Source: Balanoglossus misakiensis
Taxonomy: Eukaryota; Animalia; Hemichordata
Assembly (NCBI GenBank): GCA_040954595.2
Contig: CM082594.2
Coordinates: forward strand, 8,377,573-8,441,572
Direction of reading: 5' to 3'
Length of the DNA stretch: 64,000 nucleotides
Of this stretch, positions 47,901 to 62,900 are shown piece after piece. Each line of letters starts with the position of its first letter. The stretch's first letter is position 1. The notes beneath the pieces were generated by a model that did no database searches, was not told where the DNA came from, and saw only the letters and a list, made by a program, of their open reading frames with translations. A program made the translations under genes and the position numbers.

Positions 47901-50900
47901 TCTGTTCCCTCTCCCCTTCCCCGTCTCCATCTCCAGCTCTTTGTTTCTCTTTCAAATCAAAATACACATGTGTATATTACCATGCGTCTGTCGCCGTCGG
48001 CCCATTCCTTTTCTGCCTCTGTCTGTCTGGGTCTGTCTGTCTGTTTGTCTGTCTGTCTTCCAGCCTGTATGCCCCCCCCCTCTCTCTAAAATACGTGTAT
48101 TCCGGAAGTAAACAGATCAACTCTCCTATCCAACAACGTAATATGTGATTAGCGATTTTCGCTAAAATACACGTGGAGGATGTTTTGATCGACAATATCC
48201 ACTCACGTTATAGCTGGTTTCACAACTGTAAAAGACAGTTTGTAATACCGCTACAGGCTGTACTTATTCGCTTCAATACAGTATCAATTCTACACTATTA
48301 ACTTCTTCTCCCTTACTATCTCTAGGCGGTTCTTCATTCAGACTTCAAATCGAATTTGTTTGCGGAAACTTGAGAGACTATCCAACTGGGATATTTGCCA
48401 ATACAATATCAATTCCACCATCTTTCTGTTATTCGACTCTACCTGTTTCCTCGGTTGAAGATGTTCGCTCTCCGTATCTCTGTCCGGGAAAATAAGAGTT
48501 GTAAGCGAATCGCCAACTTTGCACTCTGAACTGTGAACTGTCTCGTATATACGCTCTCGGCCAGGATGATGTCACAGATTGCACGGGCAAATCACATTAC
48601 GTCACCCATGCCACCGTTTGGAGCGGATCGTTTCTCCCGGATCCAGTCGCCATTGGTGTCTGGACGCTGACAAAAAAACGCTCGTGTGGTCGGGGGAAGA
48701 AAGACCAGCGGAGTGTGGAGCGTTGTACCCCCCAAGTGAAATATTCAAGTTACGCGTTGAGATGATGGTGGTGGTATAACTGGGCCGTGACTTGCCTATG
48801 GCATTGCTTTGATACTGAAATCAGAGTCGTTTCCATAAGCTCGTCCTTTGTTCATATACAACTAGCATGATTATCATCACAAAATACCAAGTTAAAAGCA
48901 TGCATGATCAGTCTCTTTTAGTTTCTCTGTGTTTCGCCGACTTAAAGCATTCAACAGGCGTATTTTGATTATTTACCCAGAAGCCGACTAGGCTCTTTGT
49001 ATGTGTGTGTTCACGTCATTCGCATCAATGGCTCTCCAAAGATAGACACGTTGATGGTAGCTCTATACGCAACCCTTGATGTATATTTCATGCATGAAGG
49101 CCTAGATTGGTTGACTACTACAAAACCCGGTAACCCGATGTGCTGCTTAACTATGCAGTGTGTTTACAAGGACGGGCATAGTTCCACTCATGTTTTTGCG
49201 CCTGTAATTATAGTAATTATGACCGACTGCGAGTCTGAATAGACGTCCCCGGCTGGGCGAGTAATCAAATATCATATTTAAGACAAGCGAACCGTTTGGT
49301 TGGAGGAATAGAGACAATGGCGTATTTGTCGGAGAGATTTTTTTTTACAAAATTCCGGGGAAATAGTGCACGGCCGCCCGGGTATCTGTCGAGATGTGTC
49401 TCCCTCGTCCCGATTTCTGTAGTGCAAACTTGCATACACAGCTATTACTGGAACAATGTAGATCCTTTTATTTTCGACGATTTACAAATGAACAACGCAT
49501 GAATGACCACGGCAATATGGCAACCATTGCTTCTCTATTTTCTTCGGCGGGGTTTGTGAACCGTACGCTACGGTGGCACCCACGACCCTCTATCAATACA
49601 TCATGTTGCGTATTGGTTTCCAAAATAACCAAGTTATCAGCAGTCCTTGGAGGTGGCTCTTTGTTACGCGGGGTTCCGCTCTCTGCGCCTGGCGGAAACA
49701 ATGATTTGAGTCCCTGTTTGCTGTTTTTACTGTTGTTTTTAGAAAATGTGTCTCTTTTAGGATACAAGATTGGGCCACGCCTGGCGTAGTCCGGTAGCTC
49801 ACACTCACTATTCAGTAGTATTCACTTTCATATGCGGTTGAAAAGACGCTATGAAATTAAACTTGAGGAAAAGGCGCCCGCTTTCATTGTCACTTTATGG
49901 TAGCCGTAGACAATCTATACGGCGCATTAATTTCATCGCAAAGAGGTCCGTCCGCGCCGAATATTTACAGAAAATCAAATCCGATTAGATATCATTTCAA
50001 ATTGAAATTGCGAAAAGTGCAAGGCAATCAGTTAATGTTGAACTTGTCATTTGAAGTGATTGCCGTCACTTTGCGCACTGCCCTCATGTAATTAACCGAT
50101 AAATTCGGTTCGAGTTGTCACAATATTGGCAGTGCATATACGAAGGCTCTCATGCTTAGAAATGGTTTTCCTGTGCAATTTTATGCGCCGATCAAATTGC
50201 ATTGGAGGTGAATTTTATTTGGCTATAACTATCATCTTTAAGTGATATTGAATAGCTATTTAAATATGGAGTCATATCGGGCAAAGATAAACCCAATAAT
50301 ACCTATCAATCAAGCGCGATGGCTTCTTGTCAAAAGTATATTTTGAACCATACTGCGATGTCATTTCTCGGCGTCGGTCTCTAGTGAAGGCGAAAATTGT
50401 GACTACGCGCACAGACACCTGTCGAGTGTAGTGCTTGTCCCGCTTATAATGTACTCATTTGATCTTTTACACAGCTGTAAAATCATATGTTTACAACATC
50501 TGTGAATGCCCTATCACTTTCGCAGAAACATAGCCGCCATACAGTTCTGGGTTGCGCTGAACTGCACCGGTTCGCCCCACGGGCAGCGCGCGCGCGAGAG
50601 CGAGAACACAAACCAGACCAGGGGCGCAGAAAACCTCGCTTTGAAATATTGTTTTTAAAACCATTACACGTGTTTAGCTTCACGGTGCTCTAACAACGGT
50701 GCGCTTTAGCCCAAATAACAGACCGTTATTGTGTCGTCACAATATCACAAGAACCGTGTCTGAAAGTTTATTGAATGTGTGCATTAGTCATTTGCGGACT
50801 AAAATAACCAAGCATTGAACTTGAATCCACGCGTGTAGTATAGGTCTTAAGTCATACCTAGGGAAATCCGCTGCGGCCGGGTTCGGTTTGCTTTTGAACG

Positions 50901-53900
50901 ACTATTTTGTTGTCATTAATTTCTTTTCTCATATATTTCCCGCTCGCTTTGAAGTCTTTTACCAGACAGCGAATCGTGTCAACTCTTACATGTTGGTAAA
51001 CTCTGAAACCATAATGGGGTGGGTCATCGTGTGTGTGACAAGCGATGTGCGCAGATGTAGAGCTGTGATTGGCAGCAGAGATGTGTAGCTTTTCCTATTT
51101 GTTTGGGTTATTTGCCTTACACACGACTTGGGACACGATGGCCTATCGACCACTCAACGTGGCCTTATACAACACCCCGGTCTTTTCTAAACTGTGCCAT
51201 GCTTTCTTTGAGAGCAGACGAAATTCTATCGGATTTGTAAAGGCTATCATCGCCTACCCATGCTCTTCTCGCTTTTCAAGGTATTCACATTGTCAAAGAC
51301 TCGCATTTTTTCATTCGAGCCTCTTGTAACACTATAGAGTTTGTGTAAGAACCCTATGTTTACTGCAGAAACAAAACTCAAGTAAACTAATCCCGGCTAT
51401 TTCGTCCTGCCCTGGCTACATGTAATGTTAGCGAGGTCACCCAGACTGCATCTAACGTTTCAGTCCTATTTCTCCTCCCCACTACCCCCTGTTGTGTTGT
51501 TTCAAGAGTGTATTACATACACACGTCTCTTGTAGTGTGCGCTTTACAATGGCCCGTGTAAGCTAGTCCACACATGACATGGAATTCTAGCACGGGATCT
51601 TTTGTGTGGGCTTTACGCCATTTTGTTTGCGAGACAAGTAAACAGTAAATTGGCGAGCAATATCCCATTCCCCCCATCTTGCAATGCATGAGCTGTAACC
51701 TAAGCTAGCAATCACACGCTAAACTTTCAAAAAACGCCGGCAGTACGAGACAACACAAGTTGGAACAGTGCACTGCATTCAATTTCGATTGTGTACTAAA
51801 TTTTCGTTTCCTCCGCGCGCTCGACATCTTTGGATCCGCGGTCGGGCGTCGCGAATTCCTCTTCCTCTCATCAATAGCGTCTCGGCAGCGACTGCTTATC
51901 ATCATTTTTTCGATTTTTCACCTGGCGACTTTGTCACTCTTCCGGTACATGAGTTTCTGCCTCGCTAAAAACATCATTGATTCGGTTCATTCCAAATCTG
52001 CAAGAGTCACTACCCTATGTTTACAAACCCAGCCAAGTCTGGCCTTTTTTTGGTCAGTATATTTTCTTGTCCATGACAGGGTACATATGTTTGACATGCT
52101 TTTATCTTCTTAGGGTTTAGACGTATTCAATACCGACTTGCTAATCCCGACAAAACATCCATTGTCAGTGGTGGTTTCTACATACCACGCCTATCCATTG
52201 GTTTTTTCAAGGTTGTCGTTTCGGCGAGTGGCCCTCTCTGCTGATTATTCTGTGCGCGCATTTTCTCTTTGAAAGACTCACAAAGTACACTGTTTTGGTG
52301 CATACTAGCGAGTTAAATACAAGCATATACATGCAAATCGACGCAGTCACATTAACTGCTCGCCCCTTTTCTCTCTCTCGGCAGACAAGCCAACTTCAGT
52401 TTCACAACTAAAACCGAAAACATGTTGCATCTGAAGACGAATGTGAACTTTACTTTACTTCGCTGCATTCATAATGTCGGCAGTTTTTTTTCATGCAAAG
52501 TTTCAATACAACGCAACGCTAATTACATCTTAACTCTCTTTCATGCATAAGCTCCTCAATTCCAGTAAATCTTTCGTTTGCATTAATTGATGGCAGTCAA
52601 TGTATTGACGGGAGTTCATTCAAAGATCGCTTGAACTCTTTCACGTCACTTAATAAAGCCACGTGTGGTTACGCCATCATCTTGGTTCAAACCCGGAGAA
52701 GCTTCTGAAAATGTATGATTTATAAATGCGCACGAAGGCAGTGGACTGTGCCAAAGCACTCTCTATATTCAACTACCGTCTTGCTTCACTCCCATTTTGA
52801 ATTCTCCCTGATAACTTGGCGATTTACCGGCATTTCTCCAGGTGCCAAAGTGGTCCCAGCGCAACAAGGTGTGCATCCAGTGACCACGCTAATCTTGGGT
52901 CTGTCTTCTGTAATCTGTTTCAAGAATGCCGGGGTTTTGTGATTTCTGCCGTGCAGGTCCCTTGTCTCATGATAAAATGAAATCCGCCAGGAGAGCCGTA
53001 GCGCTGCTCCCCAGAGCCAAGTGTGTGTGTTCGCCAAATCCTCCGCTAACCGCCGCCTGGTGCCCGGGTCTTAATTCCGCCTTTCGCTGCCCCCATGTTG
53101 ATATCATCGCGTAATCTCCTGGAATTGAAATCACTTCGTACCCGATAGTCGCCATTGGATGACGATGCCATATTTCCAGACATTGTCAAACAAAAAAAAA
53201 ACCCCGCGATTATAGGGAAATCAGAGAATTCTGGTAATTCCCATTAAAGAAGCAGTATGGCAAGACCTATAATTCCATAACGGTGAACTCTACAGACAAG
53301 GCCACACGTACCGAGCTGAGATACCATTTTTTACGATTTCAGGCGATAATTGCATTGAATCTCCATAAAAAGATTTGATGGTAAATTGTGGGGATTTATC
53401 GGTTTAAGCATTATTGTCGGTACGGGTGTGATTTGAGTTATATCAACTCCAGGCCAACCATTTGCATTCTTTTAAAAGTACGACGTAGTCAAAAGAAAAC
53501 TTTAGTGGAGAGATGCATGAGCGTTGCAAGAATTTACTTTTGATTGAATTTTTTTCACATTCGTAATGGAGGGTCAAAACCGAGTTAGCCCGGCACTTTT
53601 TTTCACAAATAAAACCCTCACTCTTGAAAAGCGGTTGACTTGAATGAAATGTTTAAAAAATATAGATTTCAATTTTCCCTTTCGATTCAATATTGCGCTG
53701 GCAAGCTGTATTGATATTCATTCCGCATAATTGAAGCATTTGTGTGGAAAACGCTTCCTCTTTGAGATGGAGATGGGATTTTCCTGTGTTCGGGGTCTTG
53801 TATTGCTATATAAACGTTGCATTGTGTCACTCTGAACATTCTGATTACTGATTAATAGCCGTTGATTTTTACACTAAATTTGTCCATAATAACATATAGA

Positions 53901-56900
53901 AATGCGTCATATTGACAAGTACCGTTGACTGCCACGCTGAAACGCCGGGCTTTCACTCTAACAGAATTACCATTAAGAACGCATTGAAGTAATATTTGTG
54001 AGTATAACAAAGAGAAGGAGACTTAACAGGCAACACAAACCCCCAAGTCTTCATTGAAAAGGCGAGTGGATAAATTAACAGTCCATCTTACAAGACACAG
54101 GATATGAGTATTTTGAGTACGCTGTTTCAGCGAGGTCTTTTTTTTCATTCCTCATTTCGAGGTGAAAAATATTAGCGGTCTCTTCTGATGCATAGTTACA
54201 GAGAACAGGGCAGGACTTCACTCCATAGGAGACGGCAAACAATGACGCCACGGCTACAGACCGTTATAACCCACAACCGCCAAGATGGAGGCGGCGAAAC
54301 TTGTCGTGTATAACCCATGCACCCGATGTTGCAATATGTTTGCCGTATATTGTTGTATATTGTGTTGCTGCCTTATAAATTGAGTGAAGCATAGCGTCTA
54401 GGAAACCCATACTTATTTCAATTTTAATAGCATTGCCTACAGATACCGACAGTTCGCTCCAGGCAGTTTGTTGCTTGTGCACAAACCGACGGAACTCCTT
54501 TTGATGTGATCGCCCATATTGCAATTTATTAAAAAACACAATGTATACAGTTATGACGATCCCCCCTTTCACGTGAGAAGTAAGTTTTCCGTCTGTCAGT
54601 AGGAAAATAAAGCTAATGAGATAGGACATCACCGACACTTCGATTTCAACCTCATCTCATTGAATACAATCAAAGTCTCGTCTTTCACGGGGCCTCGGAG
54701 CTATTTTGTGAAATTTCACTTGATATGGCCACTCAGCGTTTCTCGGCCTGTTTTCAAACGGGGATCTGCGAGCCACGATTACAAAGCACGGGCTCTCTGA
54801 CACCCTTCGGTTTTCTGTGAGTATAAATCTCGTTCCCACAAAGACAAAACAAAATCACGTGTGATATAGCTCGGGAACCATAATTGGCCTTTGAAAAGAC
54901 AGCGGCGTGATGTCGCCGATGTGACCTCCCCAAGTGAAGTGAATCCTATGCATACGAATGACGGGGAGGTAAAAATTGCGTGATGACACAAACCATATGC
55001 CCGAATCAACTCTTCAATGAATATCCCATCTCCCTTCCCTCAGGGTCCTATCCAATACTGGTAAACTATATCAAACAGTGAAACGCGAGATCCAGCCGGT
55101 GCAGTGCGGCCAGAGAAGAAAATCGCATCACTTTTAGGGCTCCATTCATTAAAAAACAGAAATCCTTCTTTTCATAATAATACGCGGTTCTTATCGGCTA
55201 AGAACATCGCCTCGAAATATGATTTAAGAGAGAACGGGCGGGCGGGGCATGAGCCCTGGCCTGCCTGACAAAAGTATGGTGTGTGTTTTTTGCGGTGAGA
55301 GATTATCAAAAAACCGCGGATGAAAATCTTAAGATATTCAGAAACTGCTTTTCATATGCTCGCCGAAGCAAATATCGGTAAAGCGACAAGGCTTCCGACG
55401 TCGGCAAAATCATTTAGACCTAATCAATGCAAATACAAAACACAGGAATTGATTTGCTGAGCGCTTCTGAAGTGTGGATTTCTATAGTCGTCTTTGACAT
55501 AATAAACAACACAAGAGAGGTTTTTACACCGACCATGCAGCTCACTCTATAGAAATATTTATACCGACTTATTCAATTTAGCAAATTGAATTAGAATCTT
55601 TAAACGGATTAGAAGGTTAAGTTTTCTTTCTTATTCATGCATCTTTTTTGTTTAATAATTTGCTAGTTTTCCTGCGTGTCCGTGGGTTGCATTTTGATTG
55701 ATTCTGCATTCGATACAGCTGGGATTAGATCCTTGCAACGTGTCTGCACATAACCGTTGAGGAAATGTCCTGTCAGCTAGCTACCCTGTCTCGCAGATCT
55801 CTGAAGCTATCGTCTGCCAATCAGAGTTGCGCACTCAAATCACTCCATTATTTGGAACCTTTCCCTGGATTTTTGTCAAGCTCGCTCCTTTGCTGTCTGT
55901 TTTTTTTCTCTCTCTGTCGATCGACACCGTTACTTTCATACCCACAGGTCGTCAGACGACAAACATTGGTGGGTAGTGCGCACTCTAGAATCAGCGCGCC
56001 GAAAATTCGTTCAGTAATTTAGCCTAGACTAAAAAACGACGAACCTCGCAAGAAGAAAATAGAGAGTCCGCACACGATAAGAAAAAACCGACAATAACAT
56101 TTTGATTAGACAATAAAAATACAAAAATAATACGACCCGTTTAGCGGATATTACACGCGGGGTATACCTGTAGCCTCGGCGTGAACAGTAATGTTATAAT
56201 AATACACACGAAATGTGGGGAGTAACCTTTCCTTAAGTTAGATACATAACTCATACTTACTGGGTTACAACATACACAGCGAAAGCACGTTTTATTCTGA
56301 TACGTATTCACAGGCATGGATGATTATTTTTCCATGGAGTTTTTACCCGCGCAAATATTTTCTTTGAGAGAGGAAATTTATTGATTGTGTGTTGGGTTTC
56401 TTCTGAGGGTGCGCAGCTGTGAACATTTTTCGGTATGTTGTTAGTATGTCAAACATATGTAACCGGGCAATGCTAACATTTTGCCAAGGGGGTTGGTGGA
56501 AGAGCGAGCTGTAGAGGTCTAGCATTCTGGCGTCCATTCGCCACTTTTCCTTTCATCGTCAACGGCAAAACACCAAACATTTTTAGGTGCGAAGACCTCT
56601 AAAGCATCGCCATTACACAGACCGGTGTGTTTGTTTTCTTTGCGTCCCCGGTCGCTGTGACCAGAAGGCACCTTGGGCCCGCTGGATACACAGCCTGTGT
56701 ATAGCCTCGTTTTATTTTACACCTTCCACGCCGTAGATGCATATTTATATAATGGCGGGACGGGTTTATTTGGCGATCTGTGGAGTCCGTGTAAAATTAT
56801 GGAATGTGGAATTGTAATGATACGAACACCGTGTATGTTGCCAGTGCTACTCTCGTTTAAGTAGCTGCATATTTTAAACGCCACTATTTATAAGGGGTTT

Positions 56901-59900
56901 GAGCAGGCTGTTTGTTTGGGTGGACGGCGATGCACTAGGACAGAGAATCTCATTCTGTAAGTGATATGTTTAAAGTGCCGGGCAGATGTTCCGAAGTGGT
57001 AAAACGCATCCCAAACAGCAGAGCCACATTTTCAAATAGCGTCGGTAAACTTAAACTAGCTGATTCATTTCCACAAAGCACGTCGCAGAGTGATGGCGAT
57101 CGAGAGGGGCCCTGATTTTTTCTCCCCCCCCCCTCAAGATTTCACCCTGACCCCCCGGAATCTCTTCCTCAGTTCAGTAGCAGGGTATTAAACATTAGTA
57201 ACGAAAGGTATCTTAACTACACTTGCGAGATAAATATTATCGCCTAAAGCGCCGCTGTTTCTTTTTTCTTGTGAGCTGGTTTCGGGGGGAGTGGGTGAAT
57301 CTAAATGAACGGAAGCCTGAAACGCACACTCTACAGTAGCAGTCCTGTGCCACTACTGTTAATAATTGACATAACCTTTAATTTGTGAAATATTTTACAT
57401 GCAGGTCACAACGGGGAGTCTATATTTAGACCCTGTCACATGTTTATACAGGAGCTTCACCTGAATAAGTGAGTTTGACCACTTTTCTCCCCCTCCCCAA
57501 ATCGTCTCCGCGATTCTTTTGTTAAAGGTGTGTTCGATACACATTCTGATGACACGTCTGCACCATTGGAACCCTGGGAATAATTTGATTGGTCCAAACT
57601 TCTTCAAAAAGTCCGACCTATTTTTTTTTTTACCAATCTGTCCATGTGTTTTGTTAAATGTAGCGTAGGCAAAGCAATGGTGGCCACAGTGGCATTTCAA
57701 TCTATCCTTCATTTCTCAATTAGTCATCGTGAAAAACGAGGTAATTTAGTGTGCTGCACAATTTACTTCCATATGTAAGTGCATGGTGCCTGTCACTAAC
57801 AAATTGAAATTTCATTCCTGGGCCAGCTAATCCGGTAATATTGTACAATACAGCGCAGATAATTCCATACCGTTGTAACATAAAATTGGTCGGAGTAAAA
57901 CGCCGCATATGACAAAGACACTGGCTAAGACGCATAGCTGACTTAACAGGTATACCGGCCATGTTTAATCAATCTCTGACATTAATATTTATGTAAAAAA
58001 AAGTTTCAAACGTGCCGAATCTTGAGTGGAAAGTTTTAACAGTTGCGACTTGAAATGGAGTGGTTTGGTTTCTTGTTTGTCTTACAACCACGCACACAAA
58101 AGCGGGGACTGGCTTCTCTTCCTTCGCGGAATTTAAGACGCAAGTTCAAATTTCCTGCCTGATACCGGCCTGTTGAATGTAAGTTCACACCTCGGCCCAT
58201 TTGTTCGGCGTGAGCGAGAACAGCGCTGTGAAAGTATTTGTGTGCAGAAACCCCCATGTTGTTGTGGTTTATTAATCGCTACCCGTTTTGTAGGTGGTAT
58301 TCTCAGACATTCACTTCTCTGCGTCTGTTTTTCGATTCTGTTGTCCGCCAGCTTTGGGAAGTGCCGTGCGGTGCACCCCCGATGCCGGCATGGCATTGGC
58401 CCCGGCGAGTTGATGATACATAGATTTTGAATTTCAATCGATGAAGGGAGGAAAGAAAACACGAAAAAAGGCAAGTTAACAAAGAAAACAGAAAGCTCTA
58501 TTGAGAGGGGTCATATCAAATATACCCCGCTATTGGCCAGATTGAGACTTTTTTGGCTATCATGTATACTTTGGCTATGAGCTATCCGTCTCGACCATTC
58601 TAAATACATTAATTCAATCGTGCAACAATAGCGAGTTCTATGTAGGCATTTTAAAGACGGCTTGCACTATTTTATTAGTAACTCCAGAGCGATGGGGTCT
58701 GAACAATTGAGACAGCGGGCTTGCTGGCAGGCACCTTGGCCAAACACGCCGCTTTGCATCCGACACTCCTGTGAATGCGTGCATTGTGAACATTAGGTCG
58801 GTCTTGTTGCTGTTTGATTGTATAAAGAATACCCGGCTTGGTGTCCTCTTGGCTTTATGTGAAAGGCCCTCCCCTAAAGCCCTGTCTTGACTTTTTTTCC
58901 CTTTCCCATAGTCTACCACCCCTTTCAATACATGCAGAGGTGAGCAGATGCATATCCTAAGATAACCCAACACGTACATTAACTTTGTCAATATTCTGAA
59001 CTAACAAATACACGGGGGATTTTTTCTCCTCTAAATATATCCCCACATTATTTAGGCCTGGGTCAGGATGGGAGAGAAAGGTACACCCTGCAATTTCATT
59101 TTTTTTTCATGTCACATTAATATTTCAATTTTGAGCATTGTATTCTTTTGTATACGTTTTGCTATTGCCGCGCGAAAAAAGTCAAAATTGTTTTCCCAGT
59201 CAATTTATATGCGAATAGAATACTAGACACCCAAAGCGTTGGGTTAGGTAACTTTGATTATATGTCTCCAACGCCGTGTCATTGTCTGCGGAGTCATACG
59301 CCTTGCCTGTTCCTTTTATTAATTTTCACTGTTATTACTAGGCTTTCAGAAATCAGCAATTTCGACAAAAAGCCACTAATAAACACTTTTTATTGATCTC
59401 TTTAAAATGAAATTAGATTTTCTTTTTCGGCTGTCAACTTTTCAGGGCGAAATGAAAATAAGCGGCGAAATAGCAGTTTGGGAGAACAGAGAAGCCATTG
59501 AAAATTGAAGTGACGTGTTAAGTGACATTGCATGAGAATACTTATACACTCATAAATTAATCCCTAGCTGCTTTCACGGTTTTCTTAAGGACTGAACAGG
59601 TTAGCCCCCGTGTCAACGCGAAATCTGCCACGGCCTGCTCCAAACCCAGAGAGCGTAGTTACAGGAGACCTTCTCTGGAAAAAAATTATGCAAAGGCTCG
59701 GGCTGTGATGAAAATTGCCACTCAAGAACTCAGTTAGCATGAGCGATGACTCTTGAGGCAATGATGATGGGAAGATAATATACAGACCAATTGAAAATCA
59801 CAAACTATGTCTGCAGAATTTATTAATAAACTGGCGAAATGGCCCTAAACAGAATCGCCCTCTTATATTTAAACCCGATTCCAATCTTGCCACCGTAATA

Positions 59901-62900
59901 ACAAATATTAAGATTAAAATAGAATTAATATTTCCGACATCTGAAAATAATCAATTGTTTCAACATCGTTAGTTCATTTTGATGTATATCAAGATTTACC
60001 CTGTGCTTATAGAGAGTTGCCCACACGTCTTTCCACTTGCCATCGGCGGCACAGTATAGACGTGACCAGTTTACCTGTCATCTGTCTCCCCGTCCTTCCT
60101 AACTGAATATCATCATAACTATCTGTACGGGTCAAATGATTTTAATGTAACTGTGTTCGGGTTTTGACTCCCACTGTTGACTGCTCGATTACCAGTATTT
60201 ATCGTTCCTCTGTTTGCTTTGATATGCTTTACTGTCATACGCTCTCTTTCGCCATGTCTAAGTTTTCACAGCAAAAAGATCTTACCGTAGAAAAATATTT
60301 CTTCTTAAAACAACAACCGGCCACCTGTGCCTAGTTAATCGCGTTATTTTGGTCTCAATAATCGTATATAATCTCCTAAGCGATATTTAAAAAACTGAGT
60401 AGATTGCTTAGGGTTTTGATCGCATTCTGTGTGAAATATATAATAACCAACGCGAGAGAATTTTGATGGTTTCATTGGGCTGTCTATCCCGTGATGGCCA
60501 GCCGTTATAGCTGAGCATCCGTAAGCCCATAATCCGCGGACGCATTTTTATTACAAATAAATAGAAATAAGATTGATGTGTGAAAAGTGGCGAGGAAAAC
60601 GCAGTGGGAAAAGCCGGGGTGTATAAAGGAAATTTTATTTGAAAAGCCAATAATAATGTTGCACCCGGCAAAACGGCTGTAATAGCAGGGAGTGATGAAG
60701 CGCGTGAAACGTCAGCTCTTGCTGTCTTAACCCTTGGAGAGGCAAACCCCGTTACGTTGCACTGGCAAGTCTGTAGTTAAATACACAGTTCCACAGACTA
60801 ATACATGAAATAGTTTTGGTGATTATTTTGCAATTTTTGTTAAAACTCTCTCAAGACGCCGGAGAAAATTCACCCAAAATCTCTCCGGGGAGTTTCAGTC
60901 CAACCGTGTGGACATTATCCTTAACGAAGGAGTCTAAGTATTGTCTTAGATTATGAAACTGAAGGAAAACGTATACATTGAAAATTTACAGGACAGTTTT
61001 GCACACAGTTGTAGTGAATGTGTTTTTCGGTTCAAACTGATGTAGGTACCAAATGCATTGACCAATTTGTCGACATTTAATGGTTACGAAATCCCCATAA
61101 CCAAAGTATTAAAGTCTTTATATCGGATCGTATAAACAAACACGTCAATCATCTCATTGTTTGCCCTATATGAAAATTTTCACAAGAATTCTCATATTTT
61201 CCCGGCCTAATAACAAAAATATGTTATGCCTAATTTAAGATTATGGTAATAATATTTACAGCGGGTTATTGGTAACTAGTACCGTAGAGTTTGACGATGG
61301 CCAATAGATTGAGAATGAAAAATAAATTCCTCGTTTCGTGCGTATACGCTTCGATATATTGTATTTTTGATATATTCACTTCGATTGATTTTTTTTTTAG
61401 TCTAAAGATTTTTTGTGAGTTTTGAATCTCATCGACTGAAACACAAGGACGCTGTGTCTGTTGACTAGGCTACCTCGCGTAACCTGTCCCCGGTAACCGT
61501 ACACTACACACCAGCTACCGCATGCTCGCATAGCAGACATCCTGTACTATATACCAGGCAATCTATTTCATAAAACTAACAACAATTAACCGACACACTT
61601 TATGATTATGTTCCTGTCAATGTCATTTTTAAAAATGCAAGTTCCCTGTTATCTTAACATTTGTAGGCAAACAAACTTCATGTGATGTATTTATGGCACC
61701 GTGTCAAGAAGCGAACAAATGGGAGTCGTCCGTTGTTTTGACTGTAAGCAAAAACCTCACAAAGATCAGTTTTTAAGTCCGTGTGGTAAACAGCACAAAA
61801 AATACTCCAATCTTAATCAGAATGTAATGAGGCTCTAAAGTCAACGGCAGAGTATACACTAGGTGACCACAAGATAAATGTCTGGGCAATGGCAAATGGG
61901 AGGCGGGGACGACCGACCCCACTTCAAAGCGCCGCTAAACGGTATGTAAAGCAATAAGCACGTGGATATCGGTGTAATTTGGGGGAGTCGAAACGGGAAC
62001 CATGACCGTGGTTTACAATTGCACGGAGCCGGTCACGAGTTGCGTTTTGTAAGGGACTGTTATTCGATCGGTTCTGCCTGGCGAAGAGCTACAGTGGGAA
62101 CAAGACACGGCTAACTGGCGAACATAAATACCAGTGGTCTTCCCTTGCTATGAGGCTGGCCACACAAAACCACAGTCCTGTGAGTCGCATGTAAGAAATA
62201 CATTTATTTAGGTTTGAATTTATACATAGCTTTGTTAGAATGTTCAATGCAGAGGATATGTTACAGAAATACACCTGTTTACCTTATTTTTCGACTTCAA
62301 AAACAATCGGAGAGTCTTTTGAAGGGAAAGAGAAGAAACGCCGACTGCAGGGGTAGAACCACAGCCATTTTGGCATGGAAGTTGACATAAACAATGTACA
62401 AACTTGTAGGATATTTTCGGTGGTGTTGTGTGTTTGGAGGGGAAACTAGAAGGAGGTAACTCCAAAAGAGACCTTTTGGACCACAATAGTAAAAGTTCCT
62501 ATTACAATTTTTGCAGAAACGACAAATCAGAGATCAGAAATAGTCAGCGACTCGAACATTTCGAGAAATTGTCTGCCTGCACTTGGTTTATTTTCTATCA
62601 AAAATAATTTTTTAAGTAGACAAAATCGAAAAACAAGATTATTCAAAAGATTTTTTTAAATAACACTTCTACAATAAGCTTTTTAATTTACAGCATCGGA
62701 GTACGGTGACGTCACAGTGGCAGAATTTGCCCCGTAATATCTGAGTCAAAATGTTGTCTTTCATACGAGGGACGGATGCCATTGCATTTACTCAAGTATA
62801 CATACACACAATGGCATTTTCCTCAAAAGAGTTCCTGTAGAAACCAAATACATACAAGGCATCTATCGCCCATCAAATTTATGAAAATGAAACACTGGCT

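Noticed and set aside
52660-52700. B-box-like GGTTCAAACCC as a tRNA or SINE
   Set aside because: No cloverleaf and no convincing A-box.
62278-62486. Minus-strand first-exon-like segment with an AAG|GTAAAC donor
   Set aside because: The ATG-initiated frames I checked stop before the donor, and no downstream exon chain was found.
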